A stretch of 64,000 nt of DNA from Eubacteriales bacterium (GCA_045600125.1 JAZRXH010000095.1:1445-65444); one strand, 5' to 3'; shown: positions 9,390 to 18,836, numbered from the stretch's first letter. The notes: generated by a model not told the origin, from the letters alone. Made by a program: numbers and translations.

Positions 9390-10475
9390 GTGCCCATTAT
9401 CAAAAAAGATATACTGAGCCTTTCAAAGCCGGAGCTTTCGGAATTTCTTCTGCGGCTTTCCGAGGAGAGCGGGACGAAGTTCGAAAAATTCCGGGCGGGA
9501 CAGATTTACAAATGGCTGACGTCGGGTGCGGCTGAATTTGATGAAATGACCAACATTTCCGCAAAGCAGAGAGCTGTCCTTGACGAATACTGTTACATAG
9601 CCCTGCCGAAGATCCATACCAGATTCGTTTCCAAAATCGACGGCACGGTGAAATATCTCTTCCGCCTTTTTGACGGCGAATGTATAGAAAGCGTTTTCAT
9701 GCGCTATAATCACGGTAACACCCTTTGCATCTCCACGCAAGCCGGGTGCAGGATGGGATGCTCCTTCTGCGCTTCCACGCTGGCGGGACTTTCAAGGCAT
9801 CTGACCCCCTCCGAAATGCTCGGGCAGATCCTTGCCGCCGAGAAGGATACCGGGGAGCGGGTGTCGAACATCGTGATGATGGGCATCGGCGAGCCGCTTG
9901 ACAACTACGATAATTCGGTGAAATTCCTGCACCTCGTGAACGACCCGGAGGGCATCGGCATCGGGTACAGACATATATCCCTTTCCACCTGCGGCGTCGT
10001 GCCCGGGATCTATAAGCTGGCAAAGGAAAACCTGCCCATCACGCTCTCCATTTCTCTCCATGCACCGACGCAGGAGTACCGGGAGCGGATCATGCCGGTG
10101 GCGAAAAGCTGGAGCATCGACGAATTGCTGACGGCTTGCCGGGACTACATCGGTGTGACGGGGCGGCGCATTTCCTTTGAATACGCCATGATAAACGGCG
10201 TCAACGACAGCACCGAGTGTGCGCTTACTCTTTCAAAGCTCCTTCACGGGATGCTGTGTCATGTGAATCTCATTCCGCTGAACGACGTGAAAGAGAGAAG
10301 CTACACGAAAAGCAGTCAGAAGACCATCGAAAGCTTTGTGTCGGTGCTGGAAAAACACGGTATTACGGCGACCGTCCGGAGAAAACTCGGCTCGGATATC
10401 AACGCCTCCTGCGGTCAGCTGCGCAGAAACAACGCACAAACAGCCCGGAATGAGAACGAAGACGCCGAAGAATAA
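9390..10475 (+). CDS. rlmN: 23S rRNA/tRNA (adenine-C2)-methyltransferase RlmN (radical SAM)
   Basis: Radical SAM cluster motif CRMGCSFCAS, and ISLHAP and GVND segments typical of RlmN. GTG start after GGAGGAG. Confidence 0.92.
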   Translation: MPIIKKDILSLSKPELSEFLLRLSEESGTKFEKFRAGQIYKWLTSGAAEFDEMTNISAKQRAVLDEYCYIALPKIHTRFVSKIDGTVKYLFRLFDGECIESVFMRYNHGNTLCISTQAGCRMGCSFCASTLAGLSRHLTPSEMLGQILAAEKDTGERVSNIVMMGIGEPLDNYDNSVKFLHLVNDPEGIGIGYRHISLSTCGVVPGIYKLAKENLPITLSISLHAPTQEYRERIMPVAKSWSIDELLTACRDYIGVTGRRISFEYAMINGVNDSTECALTLSKLLHGMLCHVNLIPLNDVKERSYTKSSQKTIESFVSVLEKHGITATVRRKLGSDINASCGQLRRNNAQTARNENEDAEE

Positions 10476-10520
10476 ACACAGCAATATTGACCTATTCATA
10501 CTACGGGGGATAATAACAGA

Positions 10521-11438
10521 ATGCTCTACTACGGAATGACAGACGTAGGTTCCGTGCGAAGCCAGAATCAGGACACCTACGGTTATTCGGAAATACACCT
10601 CAAAGGCTCGCAGTCGCCGGCTCTTCTGGCGGTAGTCTGCGACGGTATGGGAGGCGCCGCCAGCGGCGATCTTGCCAGCGTTACGGCACGGGACTGTTTC
10701 CTTACTTACGTAAAGAGGCAGATCGAAGCCTTTGACGACGACCTTGCCAGCGTGCGGAACATACCCTTTGAAAAAATACTTACCGACGGCACGAAATACG
10801 CCAACAAGGAAGTCAGAAATCTTTCGATGCAGGATCCCGAAAACCTCGGCATGGGTACCACTCTCGTGGCATTCCTCCGGGTGGACTCGAAGCTCTATGC
10901 CGTGAACGTAGGCGACAGCCGGATGTATATCCTGCGGGACGGGGCTCTTGAAAGGGTCTCTCATGACCACTCCTTCGTGCAGCAGCTGGTGGACAGCGGC
11001 TCGATCACCGAGGAGCAGGCGATGGTGCATCCCGAAAGGAACGTGATCCTCCGTGCCGTGGGCGTCAGCGCCGATATCAAGCCGGACGCTTTTTTTGTGG
11101 AAACTATGCCGGAAAGAGTGCTTCTCTGCAGCGACGGTCTCTGCGGTATGGTAGAGGATGCAGTGCTGCTTATTGCCCTTTCCGATTTTGAAAGAACGCC
11201 GGAAGAAATCTGCAACGAATATATCCGGCTTGCAAACGATGCCGGCGGACGGGACAATATCACGGCTTTCGTTGCCGATTTCAGAAAAGAGGTCTCGCAG
11301 TACGAGGCGGCAGGACGTGAACGTGAAAACGTCGGCAGCGGTGCGAAAAGTGCTTTGCCGGGTGCGGACGAAGTAGCCGAAAACGAAGCAGCGGACGGTA
11401 ACGAAACGGGGACGGAAGAGGAAGTAGAGAATGGATAA
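10521..11438 (+). CDS. prpC: PP2C-family Ser/Thr phosphatase (Stp/PrpC)
   Basis: PP2C motifs VCDGMGG, GTTL and SDGLCG. Its 8-nt overlap with the downstream kinase gene is the classic stp-prkC arrangement. Confidence 0.9.
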   Translation: MLYYGMTDVGSVRSQNQDTYGYSEIHLKGSQSPALLAVVCDGMGGAASGDLASVTARDCFLTYVKRQIEAFDDDLASVRNIPFEKILTDGTKYANKEVRNLSMQDPENLGMGTTLVAFLRVDSKLYAVNVGDSRMYILRDGALERVSHDHSFVQQLVDSGSITEEQAMVHPERNVILRAVGVSADIKPDAFFVETMPERVLLCSDGLCGMVEDAVLLIALSDFERTPEEICNEYIRLANDAGGRDNITAFVADFRKEVSQYEAAGRERENVGSGAKSALPGADEVAENEAADGNETGTEEEVENG

Positions 11439-13389
11439 GTACGAAGGATATATAGGGCAGCTGCTGGATGACCGCTATCTTGTCGAATCGATCATCGGCG
11501 AGGGCGGCATGGCGGTTGTCATGAAAGCGCAGGATACGCTGGAGAACCGACCCGTTGCGGTGAAGATGCTCAGCGACGAAAGCATGAGCGATGAGGGAGC
11601 GGTCCAGCGCTTCGTCAATGAGTCGAAGGCGATCTCGATGCTGTCGCATCCGAATATCGTCAGAGTTTTCGACGTTCATGTGAACGAAGACAGAAAGTAT
11701 ATCATCATGGAATATATTGCCGGTGTCACCCTCAAGGAGTACATCGACAAAAAGGGCAGACTCGAATGGAAGGAAGCGACCCACTATATCCTTCAGATCC
11801 TTTCGGCGCTGTCCCAGGCGCATGCCAAGGGGATCATCCATCGGGACATCAAGCCCCAGAACATCATGCTCCTCAAGGACGGAAGCGTGAAGGTGACCGA
11901 CTTCGGCATCGCCAAGCTCCCCGACAGCAAGTCCATCACCGTTACCAACAAAGCCATCGGAACGGTGAACTATATCAGTCCCGAGCAGGCGAGCGGCAAG
12001 GGTTCTTCCGTAAAGTCGGACATCTATTCCACCGGCGTGATGCTGTATGAAATGGTGACCGGAAAGCTGCCGTTCATCTCGGAAAGCGCCGTTTCGGTCG
12101 CCATGATGCACGTCAGCACCGATCCGGTCATGCCCACCGAGATTTCTCCGGGGATCCCGGACGGTCTTGAGCAGATCATCATCAAGGCGATGAAAAAATC
12201 CCCCGAGCTGCGCTTCGGCTCGGCAAAGTCCATGCAGAAGACATTGGAATTCCTGCTTCTCAACCCCGAGGTGCGCTTTAAGGAGAACGTGGTGCTCGGT
12301 CCCGACGGAAAGCCATACAGAGGAACCTTCGACGACGGCGTTACAAGACCGGCGCCAATCGCCGGCGAAAACGAGGAAAAAGAAACGAAGGGCTCCGGCT
12401 CGATGCTTCCCATCGTTCTCGGCGTGACGCTGGCCTTCTTTACCGTGGTGGTCATCTGCCTTCTTGTGGCGATCAACAAGTTCGGTATTGCGGATATCTT
12501 TATGGAGAATCCCGTCGATACCGAAGAAAACACCCTTGTGGTGCCGAGTCTTGTCGGCGAGACCTATACCGAGTGGCTCGAGGAAGAGCTCAAAAAGGAC
12601 GGCTTCAATCTGAACGTGGAATATATCTTCAACCGTGACGCCGAAAAGTATGAGATCCTCTCTCAGGAGCCCGAGGCAAAAGCCGAGCGCAAGATCACCG
12701 GCGACGGGGTGAAGCTGAAGATTCTTGTCAACAGCGGAGCCTCGGATCGTGTCCTTGAGGATTATTCCATCACCGACGCCCGGGAGGCTGCGCTCAGCCT
12801 CACTTCGGCGGGGCTTGTGCCGGAGATCATCGAGGAATTCAACGATACCGTGATAAGCGGTTATGTCATCCGCACCGAGCCGGAGGCAGGAATGCCCGTT
12901 TCGGCGGGAGATACCGTGCGGATCTTCGCAAGCAAGGGGCAGGAAAAGGTCACCGTAAAAATGCCGCAGGTCATCGGTATGACCGCTGCGCAGGCTGAAC
13001 GGGAGCTCATCAAGAAGGGTATCTCGGTCGGAGACAGAAGCTATGCGCCTTCGGAGAATTATCCGGAGGGCGTGGTCATTTCCCAGAGCATCGCCGCCGA
13101 CACCGAGGTCGTGCCGAAAACGGTGAGCGTGAACATCGTCATCTGCAAAAACGAAGTCATTGAAGAAATCGAAGAGATCGAAGAAATAACGCAAACGGAA
13201 GAAGCCGCAGAGGCGCCGGCAGAGGAAACAGCCTCCGGCGGTCTTGAAGGGCTTGCGGTTTCCGATGCAAATCCCTTCGGCGAGCCCGCTGCGGCTGAAG
13301 CCGAAGCACAGAGCATAGAGGCACCGGAAGCGGCAGAGTCCGTGCCGACGGCTGCCGAAGAAAATATCGGCACGCCTTCCGATGTGTGA
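11431..13389 (+). CDS. prkC: Ser/Thr protein kinase with three PASTA domains (PrkC/PknB type)
   Basis: Hanks kinase motifs (GEGGMAVV, HRDIKPQN, DFGIA, SPEQ). One TM helix (MLPIVLGVTLAFFTVVVICLLVAI), three PASTA-like repeats, and an acidic, Ala-rich tail that includes EEIEEIEEI. Confidence 0.93.
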   Translation: MDKYEGYIGQLLDDRYLVESIIGEGGMAVVMKAQDTLENRPVAVKMLSDESMSDEGAVQRFVNESKAISMLSHPNIVRVFDVHVNEDRKYIIMEYIAGVTLKEYIDKKGRLEWKEATHYILQILSALSQAHAKGIIHRDIKPQNIMLLKDGSVKVTDFGIAKLPDSKSITVTNKAIGTVNYISPEQASGKGSSVKSDIYSTGVMLYEMVTGKLPFISESAVSVAMMHVSTDPVMPTEISPGIPDGLEQIIIKAMKKSPELRFGSAKSMQKTLEFLLLNPEVRFKENVVLGPDGKPYRGTFDDGVTRPAPIAGENEEKETKGSGSMLPIVLGVTLAFFTVVVICLLVAINKFGIADIFMENPVDTEENTLVVPSLVGETYTEWLEEELKKDGFNLNVEYIFNRDAEKYEILSQEPEAKAERKITGDGVKLKILVNSGASDRVLEDYSITDAREAALSLTSAGLVPEIIEEFNDTVISGYVIRTEPEAGMPVSAGDTVRIFASKGQEKVTVKMPQVIGMTAAQAERELIKKGISVGDRSYAPSENYPEGVVISQSIAADTEVVPKTVSVNIVICKNEVIEEIEEIEEITQTEEAAEAPAEETASGGLEGLAVSDANPFGEPAAAEAEAQSIEAPEAAESVPTAAEENIGTPSDV

Positions 13390-13420
13390 TGAATACGGAA
13401 ACAGACAAAGTAGAGGTTTC

Positions 13421-14371
13421 ATGGACAACGAAGTAAGAAAAGATCCTGCCGGAGATAACGGCGAAGCATCCTTCAGCGGTCTTATCGTCAAGGGCGTAGG
13501 CGGACTTTATTCCGTCCTCACCGAAGGAGAAAGCGGTGCGGAAAGGATCCTCTGTGACGCCAAAGGCGCCTTTCGCAGAGCCGGGATAACGCCCACCGTC
13601 GGCGACAGAGTGAGATGCGGGAAGACCGGGAACGAGAAGGGCGTCATCAAAGAGATTCTGCCGAGAAAGAACGTCCTCATCCGTCCGGCGTGCGCAAACG
13701 TGGACAGACTCGTCATCGTCGCCTGCGAATCCCATCCGGCGGCGGATCTGTATATGCTCGACAAGCTCACGGCTGTGGCGGAATACAACGGCATCGAGGT
13801 GCTGTTTGTGTTCAATAAGAGCGATATCTGCTATCCCGAAACTCTTTTGGATATCTATACGAAGGCAGGCTGCCGTGTTATGGCGATTTCCGCTGCCGAG
13901 GCAGAGAAATACCGGGAAAGCACAGATGAGATAAAGTCCTTTCTGAAGGGGCATGTGACCTTCATCGCAGGGGCTTCCGGCGTCGGGAAAACAAGTCTTG
14001 TGAACCTTCTGTTCCCGGATCTCGGACTTGTCACCGGTGACCTAAGCCGCAAGATTTCGAGAGGAAAGCACACGACCCGTGCCACCGAGCTTTACCGCAT
14101 CGACCGGGATACCTTCCTTGCGGATACCCCCGGATTTTCCAGCTTTGAGGTGGCGCAGTACAGGATGCTCCCGAAGGAGGCGCTTCTCTGCAGCTTCCCG
14201 GAGATCCTCGCCCATTCCGAGGGCTGTACATACAGTGACTGCACCCACACGGGGGAGGGCAGCGACGTTTGCCTTGTAAAAAGAGCCGTGGAATCCGGCG
14301 AGATCCCCAAAAGCCGCCATGAGAGCTTCGTACGGCTTTATAAGGAAATCGACGAGGCACAGGAGTATTGA
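13421..14371 (+). CDS. rsgA: ribosome small-subunit-dependent GTPase A
   Basis: Circularly permuted GTPase: NKSD precedes GASGVGKTSL. C-terminal Cys/His zinc motif CTYSDCTHTGEGSDC. Start moved to ATG 13421, with AGAGG upstream. Confidence 0.92.
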   Translation: MDNEVRKDPAGDNGEASFSGLIVKGVGGLYSVLTEGESGAERILCDAKGAFRRAGITPTVGDRVRCGKTGNEKGVIKEILPRKNVLIRPACANVDRLVIVACESHPAADLYMLDKLTAVAEYNGIEVLFVFNKSDICYPETLLDIYTKAGCRVMAISAAEAEKYRESTDEIKSFLKGHVTFIAGASGVGKTSLVNLLFPDLGLVTGDLSRKISRGKHTTRATELYRIDRDTFLADTPGFSSFEVAQYRMLPKEALLCSFPEILAHSEGCTYSDCTHTGEGSDVCLVKRAVESGEIPKSRHESFVRLYKEIDEAQEY

Positions 14372-14391
14372 AATCAAAAGCGCATCGTTTT

Positions 14392-14422
14392 GCCTGCGGC
14401 TGTTTGGCTGCGGGCATTTTTT
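14392..14422 (+). terminator. intrinsic terminator after rsgA
   Basis: GCCTGCGGC-tgtttg-GCTGCGGGC forms a 9-bp stem with two G-U pairs, followed by ATTTTTT. Confidence 0.6.
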
Positions 14423-14465
14423 GCGGAGACTATTTGTCCGTTCGTTCTGCGTCGGAAAAATCTGC

Positions 14466-14490
14466 GTGCATTTTGCCCGTGCATTTTGCC
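14466..14490 (+). repeat. tandem 12-nt direct repeat GTGCATTTTGCC, two copies
   Basis: Copies at 14466-14477 and 14479-14490. The second copy ends 13 nt before the -35 of promoter P1. Confidence 0.8.
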
Positions 14491-14503
14491 TTGCGGAAAG
14501 TGC

Positions 14504-14532
14504 TTGACAAAACAGATAAAATGTGGTATAAT
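14504..14532 (+). promoter_or_regulatory. consensus sigma-A promoter P1 upstream of the ACP operon
   Basis: TTGACA-17 nt (ending TGG)-TATAAT. Confidence 0.7.
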
Positions 14533-14536
14533 ACAT

Positions 14537-14561
14537 ATAAAGTAAACGTTGCTTACTTTAT
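14537..14561. promoter_or_regulatory. 9-7-9 inverted repeat over the predicted P1 start site (candidate operator)
   Basis: ATAAAGTAA-acgttgc-TTACTTTAT has perfect arms and begins 5 nt after the -10 of P1. Confidence 0.5.
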
Positions 14562-14589
14562 AAAACCTTGGCGAACGGCAATAATGTTA

Positions 14590-14618
14590 TTGACAAAAAG
14601 CCAAAAATAAGTTATAAT
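14590..14618 (+). promoter_or_regulatory. consensus sigma-A promoter P2 upstream of the ACP operon
   Basis: TTGACA-17 nt-TATAAT, 86 bp downstream of P1 and about 130 nt upstream of the ACP ATG. Confidence 0.7.
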
Positions 14619-14750
14619 ATAAAATGTGAAAATGTTGAGGTTTCGTCAAGGTTCCTGCAAACCGTGCCTGTTGCGGCGTTTCAAATGAATTTGTCTGTAT
14701 TTCAATATATGCTTTGTGTCCGTACATAGGTACGGAGAAAGGAAGGTTCT

Positions 14751-14978
14751 ATGTTTGATCAAATCAAAACAATGATCGCCGGTGTTCTCGGCAGTGACGG
14801 GAAGAACATTACTCCCGAATCCAAGCTCAAGAGCGGGCTCGGCATTTCTTCGGTCGAATTCGTTGACCTTGCCATGACCATCGAAGAAGAGTTCGGTGTT
14901 ACCCTCGACGAGGATATGCTGAAAAAGCTGGAGACCGTGGACGATCTCTGTAAGTACGTAGAATCGCTTCGTGCATAA
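14751..14978 (+). CDS. acyl carrier protein (stand-alone, 75 aa)
   Basis: ACP fold signature LGISSVEFVDLAMTIEEEFGV, with a Ser in the phosphopantetheine-attachment position and an acidic helix II. Strong RBS GGAGAAAGGAAGG. Confidence 0.85.
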   Translation: MFDQIKTMIAGVLGSDGKNITPESKLKSGLGISSVEFVDLAMTIEEEFGVTLDEDMLKKLETVDDLCKYVESLRA

Positions 14979-15036
14979 GAGCGGCGTTTTGCGAAAGACG
15001 CAATGCTTCGCCCGCTCTCTTTGAAAGGAATGTATC

Positions 15037-16683
15037 ATGTCCTATCTTTATGAATACGCTCCGAAGCCGTTTTCTTCCATCAGGGAAATGGTAAAAATGG
15101 CATCGGACGAGTCCGGTGACAAGATTGGCTATATGTACAAAACAAGCCCTGCCGAGGCAAGAAGCATTTCCTTCCGGGAGTTTTACGAAGGTACGGAAAA
15201 CCTCGGAGCGGCGCTGACCGGGCTGGGCTTTGGCAAAAGTCACATCGCCTGCATCGGCGAAAACAGCTATAAGTGGATACTGACCTTCGTTACCGTGCTG
15301 AAAAGCGCCGGCGTTTTTATCCCGATAGACAGAGAGCTTCCCGCTGCCGATAAGAATTACCTTCTTTGCGACAGTGAAGCGGAGGTCGTGTTTTTCTCGA
15401 AAAAATACGGGCAGTACGTGCAGGAAAATCTTGCGTCGCTCCCGAATGTGAAGCTTTTCGTGGGGTTTGATCTTGATGAGAGCGCCGGGAATGAAAAGAT
15501 TTTGTCCTTTGACTCTCTTCTGAAAAAAGGGGAGAGCCTTGATAAGTCCGCCTACGATGCGCTTGAAAGAGACCCCTATGAGCTTATGTATCTCGTGTAT
15601 ACCTCGGGTACTACCGGTATTGCCAAGGGAGTTATGCTCACAGAGCACAATATCACCTCTGCCGTGTATCACGGTATGCGTGTGGCGCCTCTGTATGAAA
15701 AAGGTCTTTCGGTGCTTCCGTATAACCATACCTATGAGGCGGTGTGTGATATACTCGTCAGCATCCACAATCGGACGACCCTTTGCATCAACCTTTCGAT
15801 GAAGGACATCGTAAAGGATCTGAAGTTCTATAAGCCGACACATATCTACATCGTTCCGGCGCTTGCCGAGGTGCTGTATGCCAATATTATGCGTACCATC
15901 CGGAAGCAGAACAAGGAAAAGAGCTTCAATACAGCGGTAAAGGTATCCCAGTTCCTTCTGAAATTCGGCATCGACCTCCGGACAAGGCTGTTCCGGGACC
16001 TTCGGGACGTTTTCGGCGGAAACCTCAAAAAGGTGGTCTGCGGCGGCGCTCCCATCCGTCCCGAGATCGGCGAATTCTTCAAGGATATCGGAATTTTCAT
16101 CACCGGCGGCTACGGTATCACCGAATGCTCGCCTCTTGTATCGGTCAACGATGAGAAATGCAACACCTACGATACGGCTGGTATCCGGGTGCCCTGCCTT
16201 GAATGGCGGATCGATTCTCCCAACGAGGAGGGGATCGGCGAGATCTGCGTCAAGGGCGACGTAGTGATGAAGGGATATTATCATATGCCCGAAAAGACCG
16301 CCGAGGTCATCCGTGACGGCTGGTTCTATACCGGAGACTACGGCTACATCACAAGCAAGGATATGCTCGTCATCACCGGTAGAAAAAAGAACATCATCGT
16401 CCTCAATAATGGCAAGAACATATACCCCGAAGAGATAGAGGGCAGAATACAGAGCATCCCTTACATCACAGAGGTCGTTGTCAGAGGTCTTAAGAACGAC
16501 AAGGGCGACGAGGTCTCGCTTTTTGCCGAGGTATATCTTGAAGAAGAAAAGGTCGCCGAGGACAAGATCCTCTCCGACATTCAGAGCCGTCTTTCCGATC
16601 TTCCGGACTACAAGACGGTCACCAAGGTCGTTGTGCGGGAAGAGCCGTTCCCGAAGACCACAACGCAGAAAATCAAGCGATAA
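15037..16683 (+). CDS. AMP-dependent synthetase/ligase (long-chain fatty-acid CoA/ACP ligase-like)
   Basis: ANL superfamily motifs YTSGTTGIAKGV, GYGITE, GWFYTGDYG and GRKKNIIVLNNGKNIYPEEIE, with a terminal Lys in PKTTTQKIKR. It sits 58 nt downstream of the ACP gene. Confidence 0.88.
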   Translation: MSYLYEYAPKPFSSIREMVKMASDESGDKIGYMYKTSPAEARSISFREFYEGTENLGAALTGLGFGKSHIACIGENSYKWILTFVTVLKSAGVFIPIDRELPAADKNYLLCDSEAEVVFFSKKYGQYVQENLASLPNVKLFVGFDLDESAGNEKILSFDSLLKKGESLDKSAYDALERDPYELMYLVYTSGTTGIAKGVMLTEHNITSAVYHGMRVAPLYEKGLSVLPYNHTYEAVCDILVSIHNRTTLCINLSMKDIVKDLKFYKPTHIYIVPALAEVLYANIMRTIRKQNKEKSFNTAVKVSQFLLKFGIDLRTRLFRDLRDVFGGNLKKVVCGGAPIRPEIGEFFKDIGIFITGGYGITECSPLVSVNDEKCNTYDTAGIRVPCLEWRIDSPNEEGIGEICVKGDVVMKGYYHMPEKTAEVIRDGWFYTGDYGYITSKDMLVITGRKKNIIVLNNGKNIYPEEIEGRIQSIPYITEVVVRGLKNDKGDEVSLFAEVYLEEEKVAEDKILSDIQSRLSDLPDYKTVTKVVVREEPFPKTTTQKIKR

Positions 16684-16800
16684 ATCAGCCGTGAAAAGCA
16701 GGGTGGGGAAGAACTCCGCCCCGCTTTTTGTGCATCTGTACAGAAAAATACCGAATGTAAGGAAAGGAGCGTAATACAGCGCTCCCACAGGTAAAAAGAC

Positions 16801-18810
16801 ATGAGTATTTGTGCCAATTTCAGAAAACTGACGGCATTCCGGGGACGCCCGAGCCAGTACATCGTGATCCTTCGGGATCTTGTGAAGGAAGCGTCCGACG
16901 CCACCTTCACGCTTCTCGGCGCAAAGAGCTGCGAAACGACGATCTGTGAGCACCGTCTGTACGTTTCGGAGGACGAAGAAGCGACCGAGCTGACCATCAT
17001 CGCACGGGCGGACGGCGAAAGCGTGGAGATCCCCGTGACGGTGGAGGACGCACCGGCTCTGTGCGAGGAATTTGACGAGGACAACGTCATCCTCCGGTTC
17101 GGACTTACCAGCGACACCCACGTTTCCGGCTCCTGGAATCAGAGCCGTTCCGCCGCCAAGTGGGCGCACTTTATTGACTCGATCCAAACCGCTGCCGGTA
17201 GAAACGAAGACGGAAGCACAAAGCTCGACGCCGTTCTCTGCTGCGGCGACTTCATCGACTCGATCAACTCATTCGGCAACGTGAACCGTTCGGTCGATGC
17301 TTACGGATATAAGGCGGCGCAGAATTTCCGTGAAACGGCGTTCATCCGTTCGGGGCTCGAAGGTCGGGATACAAACCCCGCTTTGACGGTAGACGAGGGT
17401 GCGACCGCCGTGAAGAGCGGCTTCGGAAAGGGAATCGAGGAGGGCGTGAAGTTCTTCTACTGCCTCGGCAACCACGACGAGAGCGGACGGGGCATGTCCA
17501 ACGAGAACGAAAAATTCACCCGTGTCTATACCGCCGAATACTTTGTTGCTGTACTCTGCGGCTGGAATTACAGCCTTGAGAACGCAGATCCCGAAACGCC
17601 GGATAAGGTCGATCCGAGCTATCTTGATTACGCCGCCGACCTTCTTGCCATCCACAACGCCGCAGGTTATGAAAAGGACTATCGTATTTCCGCTTTCGGC
17701 AGAAAATACGGCGTGGACGGCGGCTATGCATATGACCGTTTCAAGGCATATTACGGAAACGACACCGAATTTACAAGAGACGAGTACGGTCTCTTCTTCG
17801 GCAACCGCCATACCGTTCTCGGCGGTATCCACTTTATTGCCATTGAAACGTCGAGGTGTCTTGAGAGCGCCGAATATCTCGAAAAGTGGTGCAAGATTTC
17901 GGTGGAGGAGGATCCTCACAAGCCCATCATCGTCCTGACCCATGAAAAGCTCTTCCATACCATTGAAGCCTGCGACGGCGAGGGGGCTTCGGCAAAGCTC
18001 CTGTATGTCCTCGGCAATTACCCGCAGTGCATCGTATGGACGGGGCATACCCACACCACGCTGACGAATGAGACCGCCATCATGTCGGATTGCGGTTTCA
18101 CCTCGGTGGAGGGCTCGGTCCTTGCTTATCTCAGCTGTGAGAGCCTTGCCAAGGAGAACGGGGAATTCTGTCACGTCGGCAACTTCTGCCGCAAGGAGGA
18201 TCACGAATTCGGTCCCTGCTGTCTTGTAAAGATCGATAAGAACTATAACGTGAAGATCGAGCGTATCGACATCCACCGCTCCTACAAGCCGCAGCTCGGC
18301 ACCGAAAACTGTGCCGTGGTCATCCGGAAGCCGTGGATCATCTCGGGGATCGCTCAAAGCGGTGCGCATCTGCTTGCCCATGATTTCACAAGAGGCATCC
18401 CTTCGGTAAAGAGCGCTCCCGCTTTTACGGAAGGCGCAAAAGCGCAGATCGCTGTCCGTCCCGACGGAACGATAGGCGTTTCCTTCCCGGCGGCTGTCGA
18501 CTGCGACATGGTATGGTTCTATAAAGTCCTTCTCGAAAACGCCGTGGACGGGCATGACAGACCGGTACAGTACATCACGAACTTCTTCTACCGCTATCGG
18601 GATAACGCCGAAATGGCGGCGGTACAGTCTTCTTTTGACGTGGACTTCCCGTGTAAGAAGGAGAACCGGGTAAGCGCCGTTCTCGACATGTGCGTCGAGG
18701 CATCCCGCCCGAAGGTGGGCGCCGTTTACCGTGTTTGCGTCACCGCCTTCGACGTGTGGGGCAATGAGAGCGAGCCGATATACGGGGAAATTTCCGACGA
18801 GGCAAAATAA
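16801..18810 (+). CDS. large calcineurin-like metallophosphoesterase (669 aa, no signal peptide)
   Basis: All five MPE motifs are present in order: SDTH, GDFID, GNHDE, LTHE and GHTH. An unknown domain of about 100 aa sits at the N-terminus and a beta-rich domain of about 200 aa at the C-terminus. The start codon is uncertain because the RBS at 16801 is weak. Confidence 0.75.
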   Translation: MSICANFRKLTAFRGRPSQYIVILRDLVKEASDATFTLLGAKSCETTICEHRLYVSEDEEATELTIIARADGESVEIPVTVEDAPALCEEFDEDNVILRFGLTSDTHVSGSWNQSRSAAKWAHFIDSIQTAAGRNEDGSTKLDAVLCCGDFIDSINSFGNVNRSVDAYGYKAAQNFRETAFIRSGLEGRDTNPALTVDEGATAVKSGFGKGIEEGVKFFYCLGNHDESGRGMSNENEKFTRVYTAEYFVAVLCGWNYSLENADPETPDKVDPSYLDYAADLLAIHNAAGYEKDYRISAFGRKYGVDGGYAYDRFKAYYGNDTEFTRDEYGLFFGNRHTVLGGIHFIAIETSRCLESAEYLEKWCKISVEEDPHKPIIVLTHEKLFHTIEACDGEGASAKLLYVLGNYPQCIVWTGHTHTTLTNETAIMSDCGFTSVEGSVLAYLSCESLAKENGEFCHVGNFCRKEDHEFGPCCLVKIDKNYNVKIERIDIHRSYKPQLGTENCAVVIRKPWIISGIAQSGAHLLAHDFTRGIPSVKSAPAFTEGAKAQIAVRPDGTIGVSFPAAVDCDMVWFYKVLLENAVDGHDRPVQYITNFFYRYRDNAEMAAVQSSFDVDFPCKKENRVSAVLDMCVEASRPKVGAVYRVCVTAFDVWGNESEPIYGEISDEAK

Positions 18811-18836
18811 GCACAAACGGTTTATCTTACAAAAAG

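Noticed and set aside
16684-16800. Possible terminator (G-rich/C-rich segment followed by TTTTT near 16700-16728) and a GGAGCG-N8-CGCTCC hairpin between the ligase and metallophosphoesterase genes.
   Set aside because: I could not draw a convincing uninterrupted stem for the first element. The second lacks a U-tract. I cannot tell whether the phosphoesterase is co-transcribed, so I annotated neither.
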